DNA from: Felis catus
Taxonomy: Eukaryota
Length of the DNA stretch: 64,000 nt
Assembly: GCF_018350175.1 (NCBI RefSeq)
Contig: NC_058371.1
Span: 198,772,001-198,836,000, forward strand
Direction of reading: 5' to 3'
Shown piece by piece: positions 1-12,002 of this stretch (positions are counted from its first letter, which is position 1; each line of letters opens with the position of its first letter). The notes beneath the pieces were generated by a model. That model was not told where the DNA came from. It searched no databases and saw only the letters and a list, made by a program, of their open reading frames with translations. Position numbers and translations under genes: made by a program.

Positions 1-34
1 ATTTGAAACTAAGATTTAAAAAACAATACTATTC

Positions 35-155
35 AGTTAAGTGTCCAGCTCTCGATCTCAGCTCAGGTCTTGATCTCAGGGTTGTGAGTTCAAGCCCCGC
101 ATTGGGCTCCATGCTGGGCATGGAGCCTACTTTAAAAACAAAAACAAAAACAAAC
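35..155 (+). mobile_element. Can-SINE, older short type, 5'-truncated
   Basis: ctcagctcaggtcttgatctcagggttgtgagttcaagcccc body with an (AAAAAC)n tail. Confidence 0.85.
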
Positions 156-199
156 AGTACTATTTATAATTACTCTCCCCCCAAATAAATAATTAGGTA

Positions 200-655
200 G
201 TAACATAACAAAATATGTGCATGACCAGTGTGTGAAAACTGCAAAAACACTCATGAAAGAAAACAAAGAATATCTAAATGAGTGGAGAGATATACTATAT
301 TCATGGATTGGAAGATCCCATACCGTTACGATGCCAATTTCCTCCAAATTGATACCTAATTCATCCCAATCAAAATCTGGGCAGGATTTGTTTTGTAGTT
401 ATTAACAAGCTGATTTAAAATTCACATGGAGAAAGAAAAACAATTCCAATGGAAAAGCAAAGGAACTAAAATAGCCCAAACAACATTGCAATAGAAGAAC
501 AAGGCTGGAGGCTGACACTACCTGATTTAAAGACTGAATACAAAGTCACAGTAATCAAAATATTGTAGTATTGGTGGAAAGACAGGCACATAGATCAGTG
601 GAACAGAACAGGGTCCAGAAGTAGGTCCACAAATATATGGCCCCTTGATTTGGGT
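200..655 (+). mobile_element. Old L1 ORF2 fragment
   Basis: Decayed ORF2 reading (KTLMKE...EWRDILYSWIGR). Continues after 1575. Confidence 0.85.
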
Positions 656-659
656 TTCT

Positions 660-1575
660 TGTAAATGCCTTATTGAGATTTAACTCCATATCATACAATT
701 TACCCGTTTAAAGCATAGTTAAATCCAGTGTTTTTTGGTATATTCTCGGAGTTGTGCGGCCATCACCACAATCAGTTTTCGAACATTTTCATCACCCCCC
801 AAAGACACTCTGGACTCTTTAGCCATCATCCTGTCTCCCCCTTAACCCATGTCTTAGGCAGCTCCTAATCTACAAATTTCTAAAGATTTGCCTATTCTGG
901 ACATGTCCTAGAAATGGAATCCAGGTGGTCCTCCATGAATGGCTTCCTTCACTTAGCACAGTGTTTTCAAGATTCATCCATGTTGTGGTCTATGTCAGTG
1001 ACTTGTTCCTGTTTATTGGTGAATAATATTCTGTTGTGTGGCTATACCATATTTTACTTATCGGTTGATGCATCGATGGACATTTGAGTTGTTTATACTT
1101 TTTGGATATTATGAACAATGCCGCTGTGGGCATTCACGTACAAGTTTTTGTGGAGACCTATGTTGCTGTCTCTTGGGTATACACTACAGATTACAATTGC
1201 TGGGTTGTATGGTAACTCAGTTTAACATTTTAAAGAACTGTCAGACTGTTTCCTATAGAAGCTACACCACTTTCCATCCCTACCTGCAGAGTATGAGAGT
1301 CCAATGTCCCCACATTTGGGCCAACGCTAGTCATTAACTGCCTTTTTAATTCCAGCCATCCTCGTGGGTGTAGAGTGGCATCTCATTGTGGTTTTAATTT
1401 TCATTTCCCCGATGACTAGTGGTGCTGAGCCTCTTTTCATGTGCTTATTGGCCATTTGTACATCTTGTTTGGAAAAATTTCTATGCAGATCTTTTCCACA
1501 TTTTTAATTGGGTTATTTGTCTTTTATAATTGAGTTGTAAGAGTTCTTTATATATTCTGAATACAAATCCCTTAT
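660..1575 (-). mobile_element. L1M (L1MB-like) 3' end nested in the opposite orientation
   Basis: Typical reverse L1 3' end text (ttattgagat...catcaccacaatc...ttcttcacttagca...). Confidence 0.8.
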
Positions 1576-2460
1576 CAGATATTTAACTGATCTTTGACAA
1601 AAGTACAAAGGCAATTCAGTAGAGAAGAAATAATCTTTTCAGCAAATGATTAGAATAACTGGACATCCATGTTAAAACAAAAACAAAAACAAAACAAGCC
1701 TCCACCTTTACCTCACATCTTATACCAAAAAATTAACTCCAAGTGGATCGTGGGCCTAAATGTACAATGTAGAACTAGCAAATGGCTAGAAGAAAGCATA
1801 GGATAAAAATCTTTGTGGTCTCAGTTCGCCAGTGAATTCTTAGGTAGCCACACACCAATAAGAGAAAAAGCACTGATCGATTTCACTTTGTCACAATTAG
1901 AAACTTTTGCTCTTTGAAAGACACCTTTAAGAACATGAAAAGAAAAACCACAGACTGGAAGAAAATGTTTGCAAATCCCACATCGAACAGAGGACTTGAG
2001 TGCAGGATACAAAAGACTCCTCCAAGATTAACGATGACAAAACGAGCCACCTGATGTTTTAAATGGGCAAAAATTTGAGCGGACACCTTGCCAAGGAAGC
2101 TACATGAATGGTAAACACATGAAAAGATCCTCGGCATACGAAGTCATTAAAGAAATGCAAATCAAAACCATAATGAGGGGCGCCTTGGTGGCTCAGTTGA
2201 TCAAGGATCAGACTCTTGACCTCAGCTCAGGTCTTGATTTTGGGGTCGTGAGTTCAAGCCCCGAGTTGGGCTCTGTGCTGGGCATGAAGCCCACTTAGAA
2301 ACAAAACAAAACAATGAGATACCACTAAAACCCCATTCGAATGGCTGACACCGAGACTGATGTGTCCACCCAGTAGATGCTACTCGGCAATAAACCCCCC
2401 CAGCTACTGGCGTGCCCAACCACGTGAACGCGCCTGAAATCCACTGCGTTAAGAGAGAGG
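1576..2460 (+). mobile_element. L1 ORF2 C-terminal fragment, interrupted by a SINE
   Basis: aactgatctttgacaaa...aaatgcaaatcaaaaccataatgag L1 consensus-like sequence. Confidence 0.85.
2177..2312 (+). mobile_element. Can-SINE, older short type
   Basis: ggggcgccttggtggctcag head. Approximate TSD (caaaac...aatgag). Confidence 0.85.
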
Positions 2461-2489
2461 AGCCAGACTCAAAGCCACATACTCTTTGC

Positions 2490-3200
2490 TATGGACGGAG
2501 CTCTGTCCTCCCTAGACTTGTATGTTGAAGCCCTACCCCCCCAGTGTGACAGTATTTGGAGACAGGGTCCTTAGGGGGGAACTACAGCTAAATGAAGTCA
2601 TATGGGTGGGGCCCTGAGCTGATACGGTTAGTGTCCTTACAAGAAGGACGCCAGAGAGCTCGCTCGCTCTCTCCATTACGTGAGGACACAGCCAGAAAGC
2701 CAGGAAGACGGGTCTCCCGAGAAGCAGAGGGGGCCATGTGTTAGTTTGAGCCGCTGCAACAAAATACCAGAGGCTGGGGGGGGGGGGGCTTATCAACGAT
2801 GGACGTTTGTCTCTCCCGGTTCTGGAGGCTGGAAAGTCCAAGACCAGGGTGCTGGCAGATTCAGGGTCTGGAGGACCTGCTTCCCGCTTTATGGGTGGTA
2901 CCTCCTAGCTGTAACCTCACGGGCTGGGGCGACAAGGGAACTCTCTTGGGTCACTTTTATGAGGGCGCTAATCCTATTCACGTCCTCATGACTAATCACC
3001 TTCTCCCAGAGGCCCCACCTCCTGGTACCATCGCATTGGGAATTAGGTCTCAACCCATGGATTTTGAGGAGACGTGGACATTCAGTCCGCAGCGTGCCGA
3101 CACCTTGATCCCGGGCACCAGCCTCCAGACCCGTGAGAAAACATAGGTATGCCGCGTAAGCCGGCAGCCTGTGGTATTTTTGTTAATGCAGCTCCAGTTG
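2490..3200. mobile_element. Nested MLT1 (ERVL-MaLR) LTR fragments in both orientations
   Basis: MaLR hallmarks: gtgacagtatttggagacagggtc, gggtgggccct, tccaagaccagggtgctggcagattc. Confidence 0.75.
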
Positions 3201-3415
3201 GGTATCTGTTCTCTGCGATTTCATTTAACATGGCCTTCTGGAAAAGGTAAAGCTGTACAGACGGAGAACAGACCAGTGGTTTTCACAGGGCTAGAGACAG
3301 GAGGATTTAGCTACAAAGGGACAGAGGGGATTTGGTGGGGGTGGGGTGGTGGAGCTATTCTCTATATTCTGTTCATGAATATAGAGACACTGGACCTCTT
3401 CAAAGAGTGAATTCT

Positions 3416-3629
3416 GGGGCGGCTGGGTGGCTCAGTCGGTGAAGCGTCCGACTTCGGCTCAGGTCGTGATCTCGCGGTCCGTGAGTTCGAGCCCCGCGTC
3501 GGGCTCTGTGCTGACAGCTCGGAGCCTGGAGCCTGCTTCGGATTCTGGGTCTCCCTCTCCCTCTGCCCCTCCCCTGCTCATGCTCTGTCTCTCAAATATA
3601 AATAAATGTAAAAAAAAAAATTTTTTTAA
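3416..3629 (+). mobile_element. Can-SINE (SINEC_Fc-like)
   Basis: Full length, A tail, 10-bp TSD agtgaattct (3406-3415 / 3630-3639). Confidence 0.95.
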
Positions 3630-4284
3630 AGTGAATTCTGCTGTATATAAATTTACAAAGAAACGAAAGTGTATTTTATGTCACAGGAACCCCTCCCCGG
3701 CCCCCACCTCTGGCTGTTGTTTGGAGAAAGGACTTGATGGGGAAGAGTGGGAGCAGGGAGGACGCCAGGCATCTGTGAGGCCGACCAAGATGGCGACGGT
3801 GTGGCCAGGTGCCAGGGAGGGGTTGGGCTGGTCAGACGGGGCTGTGTGTGGAGGCGGAATCGACAAGAGTTGTTGATGGGCTCCATGGGGACGTGGAGAG
3901 AGGAGAACAATCGGCAATGCGGTCTGGGTATCAGTTGAGCATCTCCCTCCCTGACGGAGGAGAGCAGGAGGAGCCGAGCATCCACCAGGACCCAGGTGCC
4001 GGATGAGGAGTCCCTCCTGCTACTTTGGCAGAAAGCAGTTCAGAGCAGGGGAGGAGGTGTCCACACGGTTGTCTGTGCAGTTGAAGGAGCCCCAGTGATT
4101 TCCAGGGCCGCACCCCTGAACTGGGTCATCAAGAAATCTGCTGCTTAGCCACAGTCAGGAAGAAGGCCGCTGAAGAGCTCTGACCCACTGAGGCTCCAGG
4201 AACACGCCACCCCACAGAACGAAGCCCAAGGGCGCCGCGGCTCCCTGTCGGCTCATTTCCTTCCAAACCCAAGACTCGTGCGGG

Positions 4285-4463
4285 CACATCTTCCCACAGT
4301 TCTGGAGGTTAGAAGTCCAAGTTCAGGGTGTGGGTAGAGTTGGTTCCTTCTGAAGCTTCTCTCCATGGCTTGTAGATGACCATCGTATCGTCTCCCTGTC
4401 TCACGTGGGCGTCCCTCTGTGCGTGTCTGCGTCCTGATCTCCTCTTTTGTTTTTAAGTTTATT

Positions 4464-4500
<37 letters not shown>

Positions 4501-4830
4501 ACACGCACAGGTTGTGTAGGGGCAGAGAGAGAGAGGGAAAGAGAGAGAATCCCAAACACAGTGCACAGCCCGACGTAGGGCTGGAACTCATGAACCTCAA
4601 GACCATGACCTGAGCCAAAGTTGGACGCTTAACCGACAGAGCCACCCAGGTGTCCCCTGATCTCTTCTTATAAGGACAGCAATCATATTGGATTGGACCA
4701 GCCCTAGTGACCTTGTTTTAGCCCAGTTACCTTTGTAAAGGGCTTGTCTCTGCATACCGTCACATTCTGAGGTCCTGGGGGCTAGGACTGGAATACAGGA
4801 GTTTTTAGAGGGGACATGATTCAGTCCATA
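4285..4830 (-). mobile_element. MLT1 LTR interrupted by a Can-SINE
   Basis: ctggaggttagaagtccaag ... ccgtcacattctgaggtcctggggg. Confidence 0.75.
4447..4657 (-). mobile_element. Can-SINE with a long (CT)n stretch
   Basis: Reverse SINE with an imperfect TSD tgatctc(c/t)tctt. Confidence 0.92.
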
Positions 4831-5059
4831 ACACTGGTGGACTATGAATCACATCTGGAACCCCAGTTGAAGGAAGTCTGGTGAATGTAGACTTTTTTTG
4901 AAGCTGTCTAGAGTCTTTCTAAAGCTGTCCAAGGAGCAGTGTGCGAGAAGGGAGTTAGGACAGAGGCTGAGTCAGATCGTCTATTTTGGACACAAGCAGA
5001 TTGTGGGGGTGGAGACTGGAAATTGAGAGTTGTTTAGATACTTTGCATTTGATGTCCAG

Positions 5060-5450
5060 GGCTAGTGTTAGGGGCTGAACTGTGTTTCTCCAGAAGAGAC
5101 GTTCAAGTCCTAACCCCCACAACGTGTGACTGTGATCTTATTTCAAAACGAGGTCTTTGCAGGTATAATCAAGCAGAGATGAGGTCATTGGGGTGCATGG
5201 ACCCTGATCTAATGTGACTGGTGTCCTCATGGGAAGGGACACAGGCACACGCAGGAGAAGGCGTGTGACAACAGAGACAGAGATTGGAGGGACGTATCTG
5301 TGAGCAGAGGGGCACCAAGGTTCCACCACTGAGCAGAAGTTAGCAGGAGGCAGGGAAGGGTTCTACTCTGACAGGGCGTGGCCCTGGTGACATCCTGGTT
5401 TGGGACTTCCGCCCTTCAGGACTTTGAGACAGGAGCTTTCCTTCTCCGTA
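5060..5450 (+). mobile_element. MLT1 LTR
   Basis: tgttaggggctgaactgtgt...gttcaagtcctaaccccc...gtgactgt MaLR head. Confidence 0.75.
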
Positions 5451-5884
5451 AGTCCCTGTCAGGATCGATGGCGCTAATTTTTGATGGTGCCTCTGATAAG
5501 ACAGGGAGGGTCACATCCCCAGTCAAAGGAATGAGAATTCTCTTGAATAAAGAATGCTTTCTCTGCCCCAAAGTGCCGTGGTGAGTGGTGGCCCCGTTTA
5601 CAGGCGGGGGGGGGGGGGACACACTCAGAGAGGTCAGGCAACCTGCCCACCATCACAAGGCAGGTGAGGGTAAGCCGGGGTTGAATTCAGGCCTGCCTGA
5701 CCCCCGCCCCACCTCCAGACACCCCAGAGAGTCGTCCGGTGGGCGTTCGTAGACTTCCGAGTCCAGATCCTGTCTTCTGGACAGCTGTAGTCTTTCAACT
5801 CTTGGGACCCATCAACATTCATGCTATTTTCATCAAAGTTATAACTACCCATACTTTTTTTTTTTTTTTAATTTCTCAGTAAAA

Positions 5885-6240
5885 TTACTTCCTAGGGCTG
5901 CCGTAACCAATAACACAGTCTGGGGGCTTAGAGTCCGGTAGGAGAACACAGGTTCTCCCAGTTTGGGAGCCCAGCGTCCTAGCTCAAGGCCCCTCGAGGT
6001 CAGCGTCTGGCAAGGATCTTCCTGACTGACAGGCAGCAACCTCTTGCTGTGAACTCCACGTGGCGGAGAGAGCACCAGCTCCCTGGGGTCTCTCCCCCTT
6101 CCTGCCGGGGCACCAGCCCTATCGGATGAGGGCCCCAGCCTCCTTACCTCCTCATCTCACAGCTGTACAGTCACACGGGGGCTTGGAGCTGCAGCCCGTG
6201 AGTGTGGGGGACACAACGGTCAGTCCATAAAAGTGTGGTA
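5885..6240 (-). mobile_element. MLT1 LTR
   Basis: ttcctagggctgccgtaacc...ggggacacaacggtcagtccataa. Confidence 0.7.
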
Positions 6241-6425
6241 GACTGAACAACGGTCTTCCAAATCGGTCTCTGTCTGCATCCCCGGGGGCCCGTGGGTGTC
6301 GCCTCGTATGGGAAAAGGACAATGCCGAGGAGATCGAGTCGAGCGCTGAGACGGGCAATCATCCTGGATTGGCCGGTTGGCCTCCCGCAATCAGCAGGGT
6401 CAGGAAGGCGGTATCCACACAGCAG

Positions 6426-6439
6426 GCAGCAGGGGGCAC
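6426..6439 (+). promoter_or_regulatory. CTCF-like motif
   Basis: GCAGCAGGGGGCAC, 13/14 match to CCASYAGRKGGCRS. Confidence 0.4.
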
Positions 6440-8749
6440 AGGTGGGCGGAAGGGACAAAGAGGACAGGAGCAAGGAGTGGGCACCAACTGTCCCTCACAG
6501 ATGGTGACTAGGGGCTCCAGAAGGAACACTTCTCTCTCCAGAACTTACTGGGCCACACCGCACTGCAAGGGCATTTTTAATCTAAACGGACACGTGCCAG
6601 GAGGAGATTTTTTTTACTACAAAAGGAGAAGGGGAGAACGGATGTCGGGGAGCAGTCCACGTTTCTGGTACACGTAACCTGTTGGAGCCTACGTCAGTTA
6701 GAAATCGCTCAGCTTCGAGGAACGGAAGTCCTGCCTCCACGGGGCCTAAGCCAATAAGCCTCTTGTTTTCTCAGCGAACGAGAAGCGTTTGCCTGCTGAT
6801 GGAGTGTGGCCGTTTCGAAGGTGACCACACTTTGAGGGCTGGTTTCCATCCTCAGACGTGGAGCCTCATGGGCAGAAAAGGGCTGCTGAGGCTCAACCAT
6901 CATCTTTGCGGTCAGGCCAGGAGGAAGGACGGAGAGTATGGCCAGCCTGTATGTCCCTCCTCGACAGGAAAGCGAGACGCTCCCGCAAGACTTCCACATT
7001 CTCTCCTTGCCTCAAGGCCTCTCTAGCTGCAGGGAAGTCTGGGAAACCAAGTATTTCGCTTTCTAGCCTTCGATGAGATAGTACATCAAAAATACGTACT
7101 GATTGACACTGATTTGACCACTGACTTCATTTCCGGGAATTTCCGTGCCAACAGTTATCGTCAGGGTTGCGCATGGTGAGTGGCATCCGCCCAGAGATGT
7201 TCGTTACAGTGCGACTTGTCCGTGTGGAAAATCGGAAACAGCCTGCATGTTCAACGTGTCGTTTGGGTCCCAGCCCGTGAGCCAGTCATTCCGCGTCTGG
7301 CCCCAGCATCTCGACTACTTTGTGTGGGAAACGGAAGAAAATACGATGCACCTTTTGGGGTTATGGGGAAGACGGGAGACAACAGAGATAAGAAACAGAG
7401 CTGTCTGGCATACAGCTGGTGCTTAGCGGTAAGGCACGTGAACCTACACTGGAGAACTAGCCTGTGTCCGTGTGGTTTATCTTTTAGATCTCAGGAGAGG
7501 GAAACTCTCTCCTCCCGCTTGCTAAACTCAGGAGGGAGGGTTGCCCTGCGATGGGGTGGGGCAGGCTGTCCCTGGATCGGGTTGGTGTTAGGTGACTCCC
7601 CGCTCTACCACCCTGCGGGGTGACCCTCGGCCCCTCTTCTGGACGATGGGCTGTTGTGAGGTTTCACGGGAAAAAGCGCCCCGGGACAGCGTCTGTGATC
7701 TGGTTACACCCCAAACAAAGCCGGTTCCTCACTCCTGACGACAGATGTTGGAGGACGCACATTCCCCTGACTCGGAGGCGTCCTGACATTTAGCGGCAAC
7801 AACACTGTCACAATGCTCAGGGTTTCTGTTCCAGCTGCAAGTTTCCCTGGCCTGAGCCATGAGCCATCCGGGGCTCCTGGCTGAAAGGTGACCTAATTAT
7901 TAATGAACGCTCCAGAGCTGAAAACGAAGACATAATCCACCCCTGAATGGATTCCGAAGGAGCAGATGATGGGACGATAAAATTAATCTTGTAGAAAAAC
8001 ACAATTAGCTGTATCATTTATGGATCTCCTCTCCTCCCGTGTGGGGTGAAGCGGGGAGGGGCTCGCGCCTGAGCCGTTCACGGTCCAGCCTCCATCGCAC
8101 GTGGACGGATGGGTCTTTTGCTGGGAAAATATTGCCATTTCACATTCAAGGGACATTGTTAGAGGTTAAAAACAATCTCCGGAAGTCAGGATGACCCGGA
8201 GAACAAAACCGTCGCTGTGGGCGTCCATCGTCACACCCCCACTTCTTGTCTATTTCAAGTCACTTTCATGCAACCGGAGCATCCCCGGCTTAGCAGAACA
8301 CATAGCACAGGGGCTCCGCGCTGGGCCTGGATGGCGGAAGGAGAGAGTCCCTGACTGTGACCTTCCAGAGCTCACAGGCCAGAGGACTTCCCCTTTCTCA
8401 TGGGGACCATGCGTAAGGGCGCCTCCCGCATTCCCAGGGCTGGGTGGGGATGGATGAGACGAAAGTCTGCAAAACCCCCGCTCAGGGCAGGAATCGGAAG
8501 GCGGGTGGCTTCCGTGGAGGGGGTGTTATTTAAAGAATGCATGCTGTTCACCCCATACCCTTAGCTGCAGAAGACAGGAGGGCATCACACTGGGTTCCGA
8601 GGTGACCCTCACTTCCCAGAGGCAGGAACTGGGGCTCAGAGAAGGCAAGTGACTCCCTCCTCGCTGGAAAGTGACCAGATGCACGTTGCAACCCTGGCCC
8701 ATCTGGTTTTGAAGCCCAAGCTCTCTTATGAGACATTGGTCTACGGGAC

Positions 8750-9115
8750 AGCTGTGAGTGGAATGATGTTCCCCCCACATCTCATGTGCTGAAGCCCTAG
8801 TCCCCAGGCCCTCAGAATGTGACTGTATTTGGAGATGGGGTTTTTCAAGAGGTGGTTAAGTTGCAATGGGGTCATCTGGGTGGGCCCTGATCCAGCATGA
8901 CAGGTGCCCGTATCAGGAACGGAGATCAGTGCACAGACGGAGGGATGACCACGTGAGGACACAGGGAGGAGACGGCTGTCTACACGCCAAGGAGAGAAGC
9001 CTCAGAAGGATCCAGGGTTGCCCACGCTGGATCTTGGACTTGCAGCCTCCAGGCTGTGAGGAAACACATCTGTGTTGTCTAAGCCGCCTGGTCTGGGGTG
9101 CTTTGTTAAGTGGCT
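8750..9115 (+). mobile_element. MLT1 LTR
   Basis: gaatgtgactgtatttggagatgggg...gacttgcagcctccaggctgtgag. Confidence 0.8.
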
Positions 9116-9237
9116 GAGCAAAAGAACATGGGGAGCCCCAGGGATGCGGGCTGAGTCAGCCTGGGGAGCCTGGGTTTGTCTGAGGAGCCCCACCTCGGGC
9201 TGACCCGGAACCTCAGTTAGGAGGGGCGGCCAAAGGT

Positions 9238-9375
9238 GTGGGCGTGCAAGACATGCACACGCATGCACAAACACAGTACACGTGTGCACACACACGTCCA
9301 CGCACACACGCTCATGCACGCACCGTCCACGCGTGTGCACGCGCAAAACACACACGCACGCACACACAGCCTCAC
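9238..9375. repeat. Degenerate (CA/CG)n alternating purine-pyrimidine tract
   Basis: catgcacacgcatgcacaaacac...cacacgcacgcacacac. Confidence 0.85.
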
Positions 9376-9639
9376 GCAAGCTGGCCACCACGGTGGCAGG
9401 GCAGGTGGCTCCTTGGGGGTGAGGGGCTGTTCCCCTCACACAGGTCTGTCTCAAACGGTGCCAACAACGACACCTCCCGCACATGCTCGCTGCGGGCAAA
9501 GGGCTCGAAGAAGTTACATGTGCAAAGTCTTAATACGGTGCCGGTCGCGTAAACGCTATAAAACGTTAGCAGTTTGTACTATTGTGCCTCGGAACCATGC
9601 GGTCCCCGCCCTCCCTCGCGTTCTGCCGCGTCCCCAACT

Positions 9640-10320
9640 GCTCATGTTCCAGCTATTTTATGACCTGACCGTTTTTCCCCCAGACAGACCTAATTCAAAT
9701 ACCATCGCATTTACCATTCACTGGTTTTTAGTGTACTCGTGGAGCAGGGCAACCAGCACCCGCATCTAATTCTAGAATGTTTTCATCACTGCCTGTCTGC
9801 TGGTGGTCACCCCCATGCTCCCCCCACCCCCGGCCCCTGGCCACCACTAATCTTTTCGGGCTGCGAGAACCTGCCTCTTCAGGACATTTCGTACAAACGG
9901 AAGCACCCACCGTGTGGCCTTTTGTGACCGATTCCTTCCACCCAGCAGAATGCGGTCACGGTCCGTCCACATGGCCCGCGTCAGAGCTTCATTCCTTCCC
10001 GTGGCCGAGCAATAGTCCGTGGTGTGGCCAGACCACGTGTTGCACATCCTGCGTCAGTTGGTGGGCATGGAGGTCGTTTCACCCTTTGGCTTTTATGAGC
10101 CGCGCTGTTATAAACATTCGTGTCCTCGCTTCTGTGTGGACGTGTGCGGGGCGCGTGTCTAGGGGTAGAATTGCCAGATCGAACGATAAATCTGTGGTCA
10201 ACTTTCCGAGGCGACACCGCTCTGCTGTCCGCAGTGGCTGTGCCATTTCCGGTTCCCATCACCCACGCGTGGGCCTTCCCCTTTCCCCACATCCCTGTCA
10301 ACACTTGTTATTGTCCTATG
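9640..10320 (-). mobile_element. Old L1M 3' end fragment
   Basis: caccagcacccgcatctaattctagaatgttttcatcac..., gggtagaattgccagatc. Confidence 0.7.
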
Positions 10321-10325
10321 GTCAT

Positions 10326-10850
10326 TGTTGTCACAGGGCCCTCGGACAGTCTTCCAGCTGCACCAAGAATGAAATTGACACGAGGCCGATTAACAGGAGG
10401 GAAAAACAAAGTTTAACGGCATGCGCACGGAGGACCCATAATGAAACCGAGACCAGAAAAAAATGACCACGCAAGCAGTTGTTACACTTTTTAGGTTGAG
10501 ACGATACCTGCGTGAGGAATTGACGGGGTGAAGCGAACGACCTTGGGGGCTTCCGTTAGTAAGGAATTCGAAACAGCATTTGGGCCAGGGTCGTAAGGTA
10601 CTGAAAAGTGATCAGGTTTATTTATACAGCCCTCTCGGCTCTCAATTTCCCATCTCTGGCGGTAAGGATGTCTCCATCTCTCCTGGTGCAGGGAGGGGAG
10701 CTTTCACAGGGGAGATTTATTCCTATTTTCAGGGGACAGAGGAGGGTCTGAGTGTCCTTGCTGCACAGTCTGTCTCCTAAGCAACTTTTATTGAAAATAA
10801 TCAAGGCCAAAGTGGCATATTTCAGGGGCATCCTGCCCTTGGCCCCTACA
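10326..10850 (-). mobile_element. Probable solo ERV1-class LTR (MER34/MER31-like)
   Basis: Minus strand starts TGTAGGGG, contains aaatatgccactttggc and ctgttaatc..ctcgtgtcaattt, and ends in CA. About 525 bp. No TSD seen. Family assignment from memory. Confidence 0.5.
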
Positions 10851-11530
10851 CTACAAACTGGGGGGCTTAACGCAACAGAAATCTATTCTTTCCCAGCTCT
10901 GGAGCGTAGAGGTCCAAAGTCAAGGTGTCAGTAGGGCTGTACTCTCCAGAAAGCTCTATGGCGGGATCTCTGGCACGATCCTCTCTCAGCTTCCAGGGGC
11001 TGGTGACACTCCTCGTTGTCTCTTGGCTTGTACAGCACATGGCTGGGGTCCCTGCCTGACATCACCTGGCCTTCTCCTCTCTGTGTCTCCCTGCGTCCTC
11101 TCGTCTTATAAGGACACCCGTCACTGGACTTAGGGCCAACCCTAAATCCAGGACAATTTCATCCCAATTACATCTGAAAAGGCCACCCCCCCCCTTTATT
11201 TTTACAAGGTTCTTTGGGAATACGGGGCAGTAACATTTAAAAAACAAAATTTTTTTTTAGTTTGTTTTTGAGAGAGATAGCGTGAGTACGGGAGGGGTAG
11301 AGAGAGAGGGAGACACGGACTCTGAAGCAGGCTCCAGGCTCCGAGCTGTCAGCCCAGAGCCAGACATGGGGCTCGAACCCACGAGCTGTGAGATCATGAC
11401 CTGAGCCGAAGTCCGACACTTAACCGACTGAGCCACCCAGGCGCCCCAAGACCCTATTTTCAAGTAAGATTACATTCTGAGGTTCCAGGTGGACATGAAG
11501 TTTTAGGGGACACTATTCAACCCACTTCAG
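10851..11530 (-). mobile_element. MLT1 LTR interrupted by a Can-SINE
   Basis: gaggtccaaagtcaaggtgtcagtagggct..., cacattctgaggttccaggtggacatg. Confidence 0.75.
11250..11447 (-). mobile_element. Can-SINE
   Basis: Reverse SINE ending in ccacccaggcgcccc. Confidence 0.92.
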
Positions 11531-11771
11531 CCTCCTTACTCCTTTTTATTTTTTTTGATGTCATTTTAATAAGTGTGGCGATTTGGATTCCCTGCTCACA
11601 GCACATATGGGTGATGGAGTGAGTGGTGCGGATGGTCACGGGCAGTCCCTTGTTAGAGATGAAGGTCACAGGCATCCCAAAAGCCGAATCAGCACTGCCT
11701 GAGCCCAGGAGCCTGGGCACACGCAGCGTGTGAGGGCTCCCAGCTCTGCGCAGAAAGCTGACCCGATTCTT

Positions 11772-12002
11772 TTTTTTTTTTTTTTTTAATTTTTTTTTTC
11801 AATGTTTATTTATTTTTGGGACAGAGAGAGACAGAGCATGAACGGGGGAGGGGCAGAGAGAGAGGGAGACACAGAATCGGAAACAGGCTTCAGGCTCTGA
11901 GCCATCAGCCCGGAGCCTGACGCAGGGCTCGAACTCACGGACCGCGAGATCGTGACCTGGCTGAAGTCGGACGCTTAACCGACTGCGCCACCCAGGTGCC
12001 CC
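11772..12002 (-). mobile_element. Young felid SINEC_Fc
   Basis: Near-consensus sequence, long A tail, perfect 15-bp TSD gctgacccgattctt (11757-11771 / 12003-12017). Confidence 0.97.
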
